Source of the DNA: Candidatus Kapaibacterium sp.
Lineage (GTDB): Bacteria > Bacteroidota > Ignavibacteria > Kapaibacteriales > UBA2268
DNA length: 64,000 nucleotides
Reading direction: 5' to 3'
Assembly (NCBI GenBank): GCA_963664875.1
Contig: OY761611.1
Span: 768,001 to 832,000 of the forward strand
The notes beneath the pieces are model-generated. The model made no database searches. It worked only from the letters and a program-made list of their open reading frames with translations, and had not been told where the DNA came from. Shown here one piece after another: positions 20,333 to 30,027 of the stretch. The position numbers and the translations under genes were made by a program. Each line of letters begins with the position of its first letter. Position 1 is the first letter of the stretch.

Positions 20333-22564
20333 ATGAAGCTGAAAAAGCTGCTTATTGTTGCGTTGCTTTCATTGTCTTTGATAGCAATGGAACTAATTTG
20401 GACTCGCATATTTTCTGCAGAGTTTTTCTACACTTTCGCTTTTCTTATTATTTCAATTTCTATCCTTGGATTGGGGCTTGGTGGCTTGCTACTGAGGCTA
20501 TTTCGACCTCTTAGAAATCCAAAACTTCTCGGTGTTTATTTGACTGTTACCGCTATGCTGGGCGTAGTCAGTCCAATTGCTATTTTTCAAACAGGATTAG
20601 ATTTCAACCAAATATTCAATAGCTGGTCTATGCTTTGGAATTTGGTTGCAAACGTATTTATACTTGCTTCCGGCTTCATTGTCGGTGGTATGTCTCTAAG
20701 TCTTATTTTCCGCGAGGATAGCGGAGAAATGGACAAACTCTATATGGCAGATTTAATAGGAGCCGGTTCGGGAGTCTTAGTCGCTGTTTTACTAATGAAT
20801 ATTATAGGAACACCCGCTGCTGTTGCCTATATTTCTTTACCGGTTCTTATTGCTGCCGCATTGGCATATCCTAAATATGGGATTTTGAGGACACTCGCTT
20901 TTTTCTTTGCAATCGCCACATTGGCACCTAACATGGAAAACTATCTTCAAACTGAAAGAGAAGAAAGAGCTGAAGTAGAGTTTACGCATTGGGATGCAAT
21001 GGCAAAGCTAAAAGTCTATAATTTTGCAGAAAATTATAAGGGCTTAAACATCGACAATGTTGCTAATTCTCCGATGTTCCAATTTGACGGGAACTGGAAT
21101 CGCCCGGACTCTCTGAAGTTTCAATTCGGCATAGATGTCAAGTACCTTATCGATAAATACCATGACTGTACATTCCTATCACTTGGTGCAGGAGGTGGAA
21201 ATGATGTGCTGCAGGCTCTGCAATACGGTGCAAAAGAAATCCATGCGGTGGAAGTTAATCCTTATATCAACGAACTACTGAAATCAGGCAAGTATTCTGA
21301 CTTTACAGGCAATATATATAATGACCCGAGGGTAAGGGTTGTTAGCGAAGATGCGCGCTCTTATATCCGTAGATTTGAGAAAAAATTTGATGTGATATAT
21401 TCTCTAAGCTCTAACACATGGGCGGCTCTTAGTTCAGGTGCTTTTGCTCTTGCAGAAAACTATATCTTTACAAAAGAAGCTTATCAGGATTACTGGAATG
21501 CTTTATCTGAAGATGGTATAATGATGATGGAGCATCAGCTTTATATGCCTCGACTTCTTTCTGCCTGCAAAGAAGCCTTAGAAGACGAGGGAGTGAAAAA
21601 TCCCGAAAAGCATATTGCAGTTATCGGTTTGCCTGCTATGGGACGGAAAGCTCTATTGCTTTCTAAAAAAGCTATAACTAAGGACATATTGCAAAACGCT
21701 TTTTATCCAAATATGCTTCAATTTCCTCAGCATTTTCAGTTGCTTTTTCCAATACCCGATTCTGTGCCTCTAAATATTTATAAGCAAATCATGAAATATG
21801 GTTGGAAATCTGCTGCCGACACTGTCAAAATTGATATTAGCCCAAGCTATGACGATAAGCCTTTTGTAGCTCAGCTTGGTCTAATGAAAAACTTCACTTG
21901 GGAGCAGCTCGGCAAAAAACTGAACACTTACGACTTACTTCTTCAACCGCTCAGCAAGCTGATAATGCTCATTTTAATTGCTGTTGTACTGTTAATAATG
22001 GTTCCGATTAACTTACTGCCTTATTTGAAATACGGAAAACAGTTCCCATTCAGCTCATGGCTATATTATTTTATGATTGGTATGGGTTTTATGGGAGTAG
22101 AGGCTATACTGATACAAAAATATTCTTTGTTTCTCGGTGCATCGGTTTACAGCGTAGCAACTATTCTTCTTTCTTTGCTTATTTCATCAGGTATAGGAGC
22201 TGCATTCTCCGATAAATTTGAATACAAACATATTTTTATGGCTATAGTTGGGTTTATAGTTATAGACTCTATGGTGTATTCTCAATTAATTTATCTTTTA
22301 GGAGATTTGTCTCTGACTTTACGTATAGTGTTAACTGTGTTTTTTATGGCTCCGCTGGGCTTTTTTATGGGAATGCCATTCCCAAAAATGAGTAAAAAAG
22401 TCGGAAATTTTGTTGATTGGGGCTTTTCTGTAAACGGTGCGGCTTCTATGCTTGGTTCTACCCTTATGGTGCTGGTATCTTTTGATTTAGGCTTCAATAA
22501 TTCTCTACTTATAGCGTCTATGTTTTACGTAATCGCTTATTTGTTAACAAACCGCTACAAGTGA
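20333..22564 (+). CDS. Membrane-bound spermidine synthase-like SAM-dependent protein
   Basis: TM bundles flank LSLGAGGGND..VEVNP..EDARSYI; LYMADLIGAG; PLGFFMGMPFP. Confidence 0.8.
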   Translation: MKLKKLLIVALLSLSLIAMELIWTRIFSAEFFYTFAFLIISISILGLGLGGLLLRLFRPLRNPKLLGVYLTVTAMLGVVSPIAIFQTGLDFNQIFNSWSMLWNLVANVFILASGFIVGGMSLSLIFREDSGEMDKLYMADLIGAGSGVLVAVLLMNIIGTPAAVAYISLPVLIAAALAYPKYGILRTLAFFFAIATLAPNMENYLQTEREERAEVEFTHWDAMAKLKVYNFAENYKGLNIDNVANSPMFQFDGNWNRPDSLKFQFGIDVKYLIDKYHDCTFLSLGAGGGNDVLQALQYGAKEIHAVEVNPYINELLKSGKYSDFTGNIYNDPRVRVVSEDARSYIRRFEKKFDVIYSLSSNTWAALSSGAFALAENYIFTKEAYQDYWNALSEDGIMMMEHQLYMPRLLSACKEALEDEGVKNPEKHIAVIGLPAMGRKALLLSKKAITKDILQNAFYPNMLQFPQHFQLLFPIPDSVPLNIYKQIMKYGWKSAADTVKIDISPSYDDKPFVAQLGLMKNFTWEQLGKKLNTYDLLLQPLSKLIMLILIAVVLLIMVPINLLPYLKYGKQFPFSSWLYYFMIGMGFMGVEAILIQKYSLFLGASVYSVATILLSLLISSGIGAAFSDKFEYKHIFMAIVGFIVIDSMVYSQLIYLLGDLSLTLRIVLTVFFMAPLGFFMGMPFPKMSKKVGNFVDWGFSVNGAASMLGSTLMVLVSFDLGFNNSLLIASMFYVIAYLLTNRYK

Positions 22565-22595
22565 TACATAACATCTCTACTCTATATGGTTAATA

Positions 22596-22630
22596 AAGCT
22601 GCTCTCCCCGCAAATGGAGGGCAGTTTCTT
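22596..22630. terminator. Probable bidirectional terminator
   Basis: AAAGCTGCTCTCC...GGAGGGCAGTTT between convergent genes. Confidence 0.55.
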
Positions 22631-23310
22631 TATAGCTTATCTTTTCGTTTCATAACTGATAGTAGCTTTAGTAAAAGAGGAATCATGGCAATAACAAATG
22701 TTATTAGCGAAATAGGCGGCATAAATCCATACCAATAGATAATATTTGTCCATTTAGAAGCACCTAACACCGCAACATGCAGTGATACAAAAAATAAAGT
22801 TATATAGCCAAGCTGTTGAAATCTTCGAAATTTTGCTTCATTCATATTTTTTCTTACAGATGGCAAAGAACTGATACCGGGCATAATAATAGTAGAAAGT
22901 GCCAGCACACCAAACAAAATTATCAAATTGCCTTGCGTATTGAATTCCAATTCAGGGGTATAAATATCAGGGAATAATTCTGGAGTCAAAATTCTTAGAG
23001 AAAAAACGGCGTGTACCATTGCCATGATAAATCCCCATTGACCAAAATACTTTGGAGTATCCGATATGCTTTTTGCCCAATTCGCCCCTCGCTTTGAAAA
23101 ATATCCAATGGAATAAGATAATGCAATTGCCGAGAGTGCAGTCCATGCTAATGCTTTATTTAAAGTAAAGCTCGAAACAAAAAACCAATCCACTCCTCCG
23201 AATAAGTTATGCCTTAAAAGAGCATATACGAAGAAAAATACAAATAAACTCCAAAGTATCCTTTTGGCAACTATTTTATTTTTATCTATCTTGTGATTAT
23301 TGTTTTCCAT
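22630..23310 (-). CDS. Ferric reductase-like transmembrane protein (STEAP/MsrQ-like)
   Basis: Six TMs; heme-ligand-like His in MVHAVFSL and VSLHVA; SSLPSV...FQQLGY. Confidence 0.7.
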   Translation of the reverse strand: MENNNHKIDKNKIVAKRILWSLFVFFFVYALLRHNLFGGVDWFFVSSFTLNKALAWTALSAIALSYSIGYFSKRGANWAKSISDTPKYFGQWGFIMAMVHAVFSLRILTPELFPDIYTPELEFNTQGNLIILFGVLALSTIIMPGISSLPSVRKNMNEAKFRRFQQLGYITLFFVSLHVAVLGASKWTNIIYWYGFMPPISLITFVIAMIPLLLKLLSVMKRKDKL

Positions 23311-23322
23311 TTTCCTAAACTA

Positions 23323-26300
23323 TTAAGGTTTCACCAAAAACTTCTTAGTTGAAGTAACTTCTTCGCTTCCGGCTTCTTGATATGTAATTCTATAAATATA
23401 AACTCCGGGCGTTATGTATGTACCGTTGATATCTTTGCCGTCCCATTTTTCACCACCGTTTCCGTCGTCTTCTTCTATAGAAATAACAAACTCACCATCT
23501 AATCTAAAAACATCTATTCTACATCGTGCAGGAAGCTCTGCAAAGTAAATATCCGGTCTCTGCCCTATTGCGATTGGGTTTGGATATACGTAAGCTTTTT
23601 CATCAGTATCTTCACTGGTGATTACAAACCCTAAAGAATTGCCTGCACCTTTTGTTATAGGTGTTCCGTCAGCAGCAATTACATCTCTCACTGTAAGTAA
23701 GTAATCTATGCCTTTTGCAGTTAGTCGTTTCGAAGAACTTAAAGCAAGCATAACCTGAGTAGAATCTGTCAAATCTCTTTCAGCAAAGCTTATTTCTCCG
23801 TCAGGTGATAAAGTATAATTAGCTACATCTAAAGCAGAAATATCATCTATAGGATGGCTGAATTTTACAAACAAAACACCCTGCGATAAAACTCTTAAAC
23901 TTTTCAGATACATTTCTTCTTCTGCAAATGGCAGGTCTTTTACAAGCTCTATACTCTTTTCAATAGAAGGCGAATTATAATAATCTTTAAACACACCTGA
24001 AGCAAAAGTATATGTTCCGTTTGGTATATCTTCAAAAAACGTAACAATAAGTATTGAATCAGATGTAGAAAGAACCTGCTGAATCTTATAATTATTTTCT
24101 CCATCTGAATCAAATAATGCAAAATCAAACGCATTGAGTCCTGATAGAGCTAATGCTCCACTATATTTTACATTAAGTGTCTTTTCTGTAAATACACCGA
24201 AAACAGGTTCAATCATCTGATGAGTGAAAACTGTTACTAAATCTGAATCTTCCAGCACTGACTCTGTATCAGTTAATGTCAAACTTACTGACTGGATAAC
24301 AAACTCGTAACTCGTGTTTGGCTGCAAAGTATCAATAGTAACATTCATCTGGTCAGTAACAGCTGTGAGAACAGCCTTAGCAGATTGGCTATCTCTAACT
24401 ATCCGATATATTTTGTAGTAATCTGCGTTTTTTGCTCTTTCCCATTTCAAATAGGCAGAAGTATCTGAAATAGCCCAACCTTCGAATCCGGTTGGAACAT
24501 CAGGCCCTTCATAGTTCGAGTCATATTCATAAAACACTGTCCTCGAAAAGTTGGAGAAGCCCAACTCATTTACACCGTTCTTATCAAAATCGTAAATCAC
24601 TGTAGCAACAGAATAAGCCGAAGGGTAATACCAAAGTGGAACTATTTTTTTCTGTAATGCATCCCAAGTAAAAGCATACAAATTAGGGAAAGTCGAGATA
24701 ACAAATTCTTCGCCTTTTTTATTATCAATATCACCCACAGACAAACCGTTTTTGTAGAAAGAATTTACACGAGGAATCTGTCCTGCTCTAATTTCAGTAA
24801 AGTTTTCTTCCCAAATAATTTGGTAGCCCTGTCCTTCACTGAATTTATATATTCTGTAATACCAGACATTACTGCCGGCATCATATTTCCCGTTTAAAGA
24901 GTAACTTCCGTAATTACCCATAACTATTTCAGGAGTGCCATCGCCATCAATATCACATTTTTGCATATAGACAGTATTAGGAAATATTGCTGTAGTGTCA
25001 ATATATTCAAACGAAAACTTTCCGCCATTATACTCATGTATATATAACCTGCCGTATGAGTCAGAATGAGCCAATTCAGCTTTTCCGTCATTGTCGAAAT
25101 CTGCAACCGCCATACCTAATGCAATAGATACTTTGAGGTATCTTGGGGGCACAACAGCTGTTGTTTTATACTTATACTCTCCATTGGCATACTGATAGAC
25201 AAAGTAAGAAGTGTCATTGTACATAATGATATCATCTTTCCCATCATTGTCAAAATCGTACATCCCGGCGGCCCACATTGTGTACATTTCATTCGATTTG
25301 AAAAGTGGCGAAGAAAAGTACTTCCCGTTACTTTCTTGGAATACCGAAGTTTTACCATAATTTGTAGCTATAAATTCTACTTTTCCGTCTCCGTTTGAGT
25401 CTCCTTTACCTACCACAGCCCAAGGGATTTCCGTTGAATCTACAGGTTGAAATTGATTGTTATCAAATACGACTGCTATAGTCTTATCATCAGCAAGATT
25501 TTCGCCATCATTGATAATAATACTTGGCTTTTCATTATTTGCAAAATCTGCAACAACATTAGACAAATAAGCCATTCTCGTAGAATATGATTTCATCACA
25601 AATTTGTCTTTTTGCATATTATAATTTTCAACAGAAAAAGCTTCAATCTTAGAAACTTTATTTCCGGCTCGATCGATGAGCTCAGCAATGACATTATAAT
25701 CTCCATCATGAAGACTGTCCAAAACAAAAAGATGATTTTGAGTCTCGCTGTCTGTATCTTTTATTTTAATTATGGACTTTAGCGAAGATTTGATTTCAAG
25801 TTCAGCAATCGTAGGACGATTCGTAGTTATGCTTATAAGTTTTACTCTTCTGTCTTCCTCATAACCATTTAAAATTCTAAAATCTGAAATAGCAGGTTTG
25901 CTATCCGAAGAAATCAAATCAAGAAATTTTCTCTGTTCTATAGTCTTGCCATTCTTCAATTTTACAACTAATCTGACAGTATAAGTAGTATCTTTGAAAT
26001 TACTCGGATTAAACTCTGATAGTATGCCATCTCTAATTTGTTCTTTGGCATTTTCATTTATAACAAACCATTCCTGCGGGAGAATTCCGTATCCTAAATA
26101 GACACTATATGAATCAAACAGTGGAGTTAAAACAGTTCCTTCCACTTGGTACTTTTCATAATTCTCTTTGATTATTCCTCCTTCAAACTTAGGAGAAGTA
26201 ATCTCTATCAAAGAAGGAGATTTTTCAAGTAAAGCAGCAGCTGCATCGAGAAATCCGGCTCCTGTATAAATGTCCCAACCATCACCTTTATAATCGAACG

Positions 26301-27534
26301 CAGAAGCCATAAGGACTGATTTTAGCTCTTTTGGAGAGTACTCCGGGTATTTTTCTTTCAGCAATGCCAAAGCAGCAGATATATGAGGAGCAGCAAGTGA
26401 TGTACCGCTTGTTTCTGTATAATCATTATTCACAGAGGTAGTATAAACCAAGGAACCGGGGGCACAAATATCTAATCGTGAACCATAATTTGATGCTCCA
26501 TAAAGATTGCCTTTGTCTGCAGTCCCTCCTACTGAAATAACTTCATCGTAGTCAGAAGGGTAATGACGGTAAAAAGAACCACTATTGCCTGAAGAGGCTG
26601 CAATTACTACCCCCATATCAAAAGCAAATCGAACAGCTGCCTCAACAAGCGGAGATTTTGTAGATTGTCCAAAACTAAAATTGAGTACATCTACACCATT
26701 CAAGGCTGCATACACTATCGCTCTTGCTATATCATCAGACTCACCATTTCCCGTTATGTCAAACGCACGAAGAGCCATAAGTTTGGAATCAAAAGCAAGT
26801 CCCTGCACACCCTCACCATTAACTCTTTGAGCAGCTATAACTCCGCTTACTTTAGTTCCATGATGATTTTCATCATTTGGTATCGGATCAATGGCTCTAT
26901 AATCTCCAACGTTTGCAACCGACTGATCAACAAAATCATAACCTATTACATCATCGATATAGCCGTTACCGTCCTCATCTTTGCCATTCAAATCACCATA
27001 GACGCCATCTATTTCCTCTTCGGAACTCCATGCATCAAATTTTCCGTTTCCGTTTAAGTCTTCTTTTGAATTGATCCAAATGCTATTCCGTAAATTTTTA
27101 TGCAGATAGTCTAAGCCCGTATCAACTACACCTACGACAATGCCTTTGCCTGTTGCATATTTCCATGCTTCAGGAGCATTGACCTGACTTAAAGCCCATT
27201 GTCCATCAATAGAAACTCCGGTTTGTTCAATTTGAAATATCACGTTTTCGTATATTTTATAAGATATATCAGAAGATTCTAAATTGCTTTTAAGCTCAGA
27301 GAGATTTTCACTTTCAACTATGTAGAAATTTTCCAATTCGTTGACAGATTGCTTTGCTGAAAGAGAAACATCACTTCTCTGCTTGAATTCTTTAAGAGTT
27401 TTAGAATCCAAAAACGATTTAGCAATTTGATTTGGTACCGCAGATTTGCCTTCTACCTTGATTATATAAGAATTAGAATTGGCGAAAAGAGGTAAAGAAG
27501 CAATCAGAAAAATCCATATATATCTTATCATCAT
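23323..27534 (-). CDS. Secreted S8 subtilisin-like serine peptidase with FG-GAP/VCBS repeats, FN3 and a C-terminal sorting domain
   Basis: VVDTG, HGTKVSG, SGTSLAAPH triad; DFDNDGK repeats; YVYPNP...GVYIY. Confidence 0.9.
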   Translation of the reverse strand: MMIRYIWIFLIASLPLFANSNSYIIKVEGKSAVPNQIAKSFLDSKTLKEFKQRSDVSLSAKQSVNELENFYIVESENLSELKSNLESSDISYKIYENVIFQIEQTGVSIDGQWALSQVNAPEAWKYATGKGIVVGVVDTGLDYLHKNLRNSIWINSKEDLNGNGKFDAWSSEEEIDGVYGDLNGKDEDGNGYIDDVIGYDFVDQSVANVGDYRAIDPIPNDENHHGTKVSGVIAAQRVNGEGVQGLAFDSKLMALRAFDITGNGESDDIARAIVYAALNGVDVLNFSFGQSTKSPLVEAAVRFAFDMGVVIAASSGNSGSFYRHYPSDYDEVISVGGTADKGNLYGASNYGSRLDICAPGSLVYTTSVNNDYTETSGTSLAAPHISAALALLKEKYPEYSPKELKSVLMASAFDYKGDGWDIYTGAGFLDAAAALLEKSPSLIEITSPKFEGGIIKENYEKYQVEGTVLTPLFDSYSVYLGYGILPQEWFVINENAKEQIRDGILSEFNPSNFKDTTYTVRLVVKLKNGKTIEQRKFLDLISSDSKPAISDFRILNGYEEDRRVKLISITTNRPTIAELEIKSSLKSIIKIKDTDSETQNHLFVLDSLHDGDYNVIAELIDRAGNKVSKIEAFSVENYNMQKDKFVMKSYSTRMAYLSNVVADFANNEKPSIIINDGENLADDKTIAVVFDNNQFQPVDSTEIPWAVVGKGDSNGDGKVEFIATNYGKTSVFQESNGKYFSSPLFKSNEMYTMWAAGMYDFDNDGKDDIIMYNDTSYFVYQYANGEYKYKTTAVVPPRYLKVSIALGMAVADFDNDGKAELAHSDSYGRLYIHEYNGGKFSFEYIDTTAIFPNTVYMQKCDIDGDGTPEIVMGNYGSYSLNGKYDAGSNVWYYRIYKFSEGQGYQIIWEENFTEIRAGQIPRVNSFYKNGLSVGDIDNKKGEEFVISTFPNLYAFTWDALQKKIVPLWYYPSAYSVATVIYDFDKNGVNELGFSNFSRTVFYEYDSNYEGPDVPTGFEGWAISDTSAYLKWERAKNADYYKIYRIVRDSQSAKAVLTAVTDQMNVTIDTLQPNTSYEFVIQSVSLTLTDTESVLEDSDLVTVFTHQMIEPVFGVFTEKTLNVKYSGALALSGLNAFDFALFDSDGENNYKIQQVLSTSDSILIVTFFEDIPNGTYTFASGVFKDYYNSPSIEKSIELVKDLPFAEEEMYLKSLRVLSQGVLFVKFSHPIDDISALDVANYTLSPDGEISFAERDLTDSTQVMLALSSSKRLTAKGIDYLLTVRDVIAADGTPITKGAGNSLGFVITSEDTDEKAYVYPNPIAIGQRPDIYFAELPARCRIDVFRLDGEFVISIEEDDGNGGEKWDGKDINGTYITPGVYIYRITYQEAGSEEVTSTKKFLVKP

Positions 27535-27543
27535 AATATCCGA

Positions 27544-28845
27544 TTATTTAACTAATAAATCACTTGGTAAAACGGGCATAGAAAGTAATTCTTTGAAAAG
27601 TTGCCATCTTTTTTCCGGCTTATTTTCAGTACCACCAAGGCTATTTATGTACTTATCCACCATATCCTGTCCAAGATTATAATTGATTACATAAGAGCGA
27701 TATGTATCAATAAAATCCATTAGTTTAGTAGCTCTAAGTTCAGATTGAAGTTGATACTTCATTTTAAAAGCTATAGCCTCTTCCCTTGTCATCTTGCCAT
27801 CTAAGTAAGCTCGAGCAGCATCATTTCCTGCGTATGTAAGTTTCGCTGCTATTTCCATTATCTCATAATATTTCTCAACTTCATTAGGATCGAACCCTGC
27901 CAATGGAAAAATAACATTCTTTTCAAATTCAATCCTCTCATTACCCGGGAATGCAGTTTTGATACCAAAATTAGCAGTCCCCTCAGAAATCAATGCCTGA
28001 GGACTAAAAAGAGGGTAAATCGAAAATTCGACCATGCCTTTCTCTTTAACCATATTTTTTTCGATGAGACTGTGGTATGCATGATGTCCCGGATAGCCCT
28101 CGTGGCAAGCCAAATCTACTGCTCTATCCACATAAATCGGCAGGTCCATATTAACTTCAATTAGACTAAAAGCATTGCCTTTAAACCAATTATAAGCTCC
28201 CCATGGTTTATCATTTACATACTCAACTTTGAAATTCTCCCCTGCCGGCAGAGTTAAATATTTTTCCGTCCTTTTTCTACCTTCAGCTATCGCAGCGTCA
28301 AACACAGCAGGAACTTTATCTTTAGGAACAATAAATTTATTTCTATATTCATTGAATCGTACGGCAATATCACCTTTGCCCGGCAATAAAGTATCTAATT
28401 CAGCGACTAACTTTGCATAATGCTCTTCCGGAAAAGTAGGAGACACTGCATCGTAAAGAGCCTTAGATTCTTCATCAAAGCTAATCTTTGAACCTTCCAG
28501 ATATTTAATGCGTGCAATCGCGGATTCTAACATCCTTTTGAGATATTTCACTCGTGATTCAATCTCAACTTTTTGCCAGTCATATTTCAAATTATTCAGC
28601 TCAACAATAAGCTGTTCTGCGGATTTTTTTATCTCTTTTAATGATAATTTGGAAGATAAAGCTGCTTTTTTAAGACTGTCCGGGCCAAAGTAAGCATCTA
28701 CATAATTTTCATCGTACTCGCCAATTTGAAAGATTACATTTACATACTGATTCGCGATTGAATTTAGCTGAGATTGAATATTTTCTTTAGGCTGCTCGCA
28801 AGACATTAGCAGAATTATAAATCCAATCATAAATATATATTTCAT
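27544..28845 (-). CDS. DUF885-like lipoprotein (putative metallopeptidase fold)
   Basis: Lipobox LMSC; LACHEGYPGHH, SEGTAN, YVINYNLG. Confidence 0.7.
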   Translation of the reverse strand: MKYIFMIGFIILLMSCEQPKENIQSQLNSIANQYVNVIFQIGEYDENYVDAYFGPDSLKKAALSSKLSLKEIKKSAEQLIVELNNLKYDWQKVEIESRVKYLKRMLESAIARIKYLEGSKISFDEESKALYDAVSPTFPEEHYAKLVAELDTLLPGKGDIAVRFNEYRNKFIVPKDKVPAVFDAAIAEGRKRTEKYLTLPAGENFKVEYVNDKPWGAYNWFKGNAFSLIEVNMDLPIYVDRAVDLACHEGYPGHHAYHSLIEKNMVKEKGMVEFSIYPLFSPQALISEGTANFGIKTAFPGNERIEFEKNVIFPLAGFDPNEVEKYYEIMEIAAKLTYAGNDAARAYLDGKMTREEAIAFKMKYQLQSELRATKLMDFIDTYRSYVINYNLGQDMVDKYINSLGGTENKPEKRWQLFKELLSMPVLPSDLLVK

Positions 28846-28846
28846 T

Positions 28847-29860
28847 TTAAATCTCTCCAATAATATTAACTTCTCTTTCTAATCTAATACCAAATAGATT
28901 TTCAACTTCATCTATTATCCTTTGCGACAAATTATATATATCTTTTCCGCTCGCATTACCATAATTAATAAGAATTAGAGCATGCTTTTCGGAAACACCT
29001 ACATCGCTGATTCGTGTGCCCTTCAAACCGGCTTTCTCTATTAACCAGGCGGCAGAAACTTTGTACGCATCTTCAAATACATACAATGGCACATTTGTGT
29101 ATTTTACCTTCAATTCTTCCGCAGTCTCAATTGAAACTATCGGATTCTTAAAGAAACTTCCGGCATTGCCGTAGTATCTATAATCAGGCAATTTATTTTC
29201 TCGTACTTGGCATATATAATCAAACAACTCAATCGGCGAAAAGTTCTTAGATTGGGCAAACTTTTCGCTCAACTCCTTATATTTTAGTATCGGTTGATAT
29301 TTTTTCTTCAATCTATATCGAACTGAAGTAATGATAAATCTATTTTTTAAAGAAGTTTTAAAGATAGAGCTACGATAGGAGAATTTACATTTCTCTTTTG
29401 AAAAAATGAGCGTTTCTGCTGTATCTCTTAAAACACCTGTCAGTGAGTCGAAACATTCTTCCTGTTCAATACCATAAGCACCTATATTTTGTACAGGAGC
29501 AGCTCCAACAGTACCCGGGATAAGTGCCAAATTTTCTAAACCATAATGTCCATGCTTAAGACATTCTTCAAGAAATTCATGCCAGATTACTCCTGCTCCA
29601 ACTTCAATTAAGACACTTTCGTCACTATCTTCAATAACTCTAAGTCCCTTAATATCATTTTTTATTGCATCACTATATTTATCATTGACATAGAGGATAT
29701 TTGAACCACTACCAATAATGAAAGCAGTTTCCGAGCAATCTTCGCTGTTTAGATAACGAATCACATCATCATGGGATTGGATTAAAACCATCTTATCAAG
29801 CTCAGCTTTTACACCAAAAGTATTAAACTGCTGCAAGTTTACATTTCTTAGTATTTTCAT
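28847..29860 (-). CDS. murB: UDP-N-acetylmuramate dehydrogenase
   Basis: NTFGV, GSGSN, GLENLALIPGTVGAAPVQNIGAYG, GNAGSFFKNP, KHALILIN, LEREV. Confidence 0.96.
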   Translation of the reverse strand: MKILRNVNLQQFNTFGVKAELDKMVLIQSHDDVIRYLNSEDCSETAFIIGSGSNILYVNDKYSDAIKNDIKGLRVIEDSDESVLIEVGAGVIWHEFLEECLKHGHYGLENLALIPGTVGAAPVQNIGAYGIEQEECFDSLTGVLRDTAETLIFSKEKCKFSYRSSIFKTSLKNRFIITSVRYRLKKKYQPILKYKELSEKFAQSKNFSPIELFDYICQVRENKLPDYRYYGNAGSFFKNPIVSIETAEELKVKYTNVPLYVFEDAYKVSAAWLIEKAGLKGTRISDVGVSEKHALILINYGNASGKDIYNLSQRIIDEVENLFGIRLEREVNIIGEI

Positions 29861-29942
29861 TACTTATTTGTGCTAATGTAAAAAAACAAAGATACAAATA
29901 TCACCCCTCTCTTTCTAATCCCAACACACCCTGGCACAAAAA

Positions 29943-29981
29943 AAAGCCGGCACTTTATTTTTGAGGTAAAGTGCCGGCTTT
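29943..29981 (-). terminator. 15-bp inverted repeat / terminator downstream of the large secreted-protein gene
   Basis: AAAGCCGGCACTTTA...TAAAGTGCCGGCTTT, with a poly-A (minus-strand U) tail at 29938-29945. Confidence 0.8.
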
Positions 29982-30027
29982 GGTGAGTTAGCGTTTGCTT
30001 CGTTTGGCAAATGCGGTGTTTTTTGGA

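Noticed and set aside
29893-29935. G-quadruplex downstream of the large gene (pilE-like antigenic-variation trigger)
   Set aside because: There are only three G-runs of 3 or more on the minus strand, so it is not a canonical G4.
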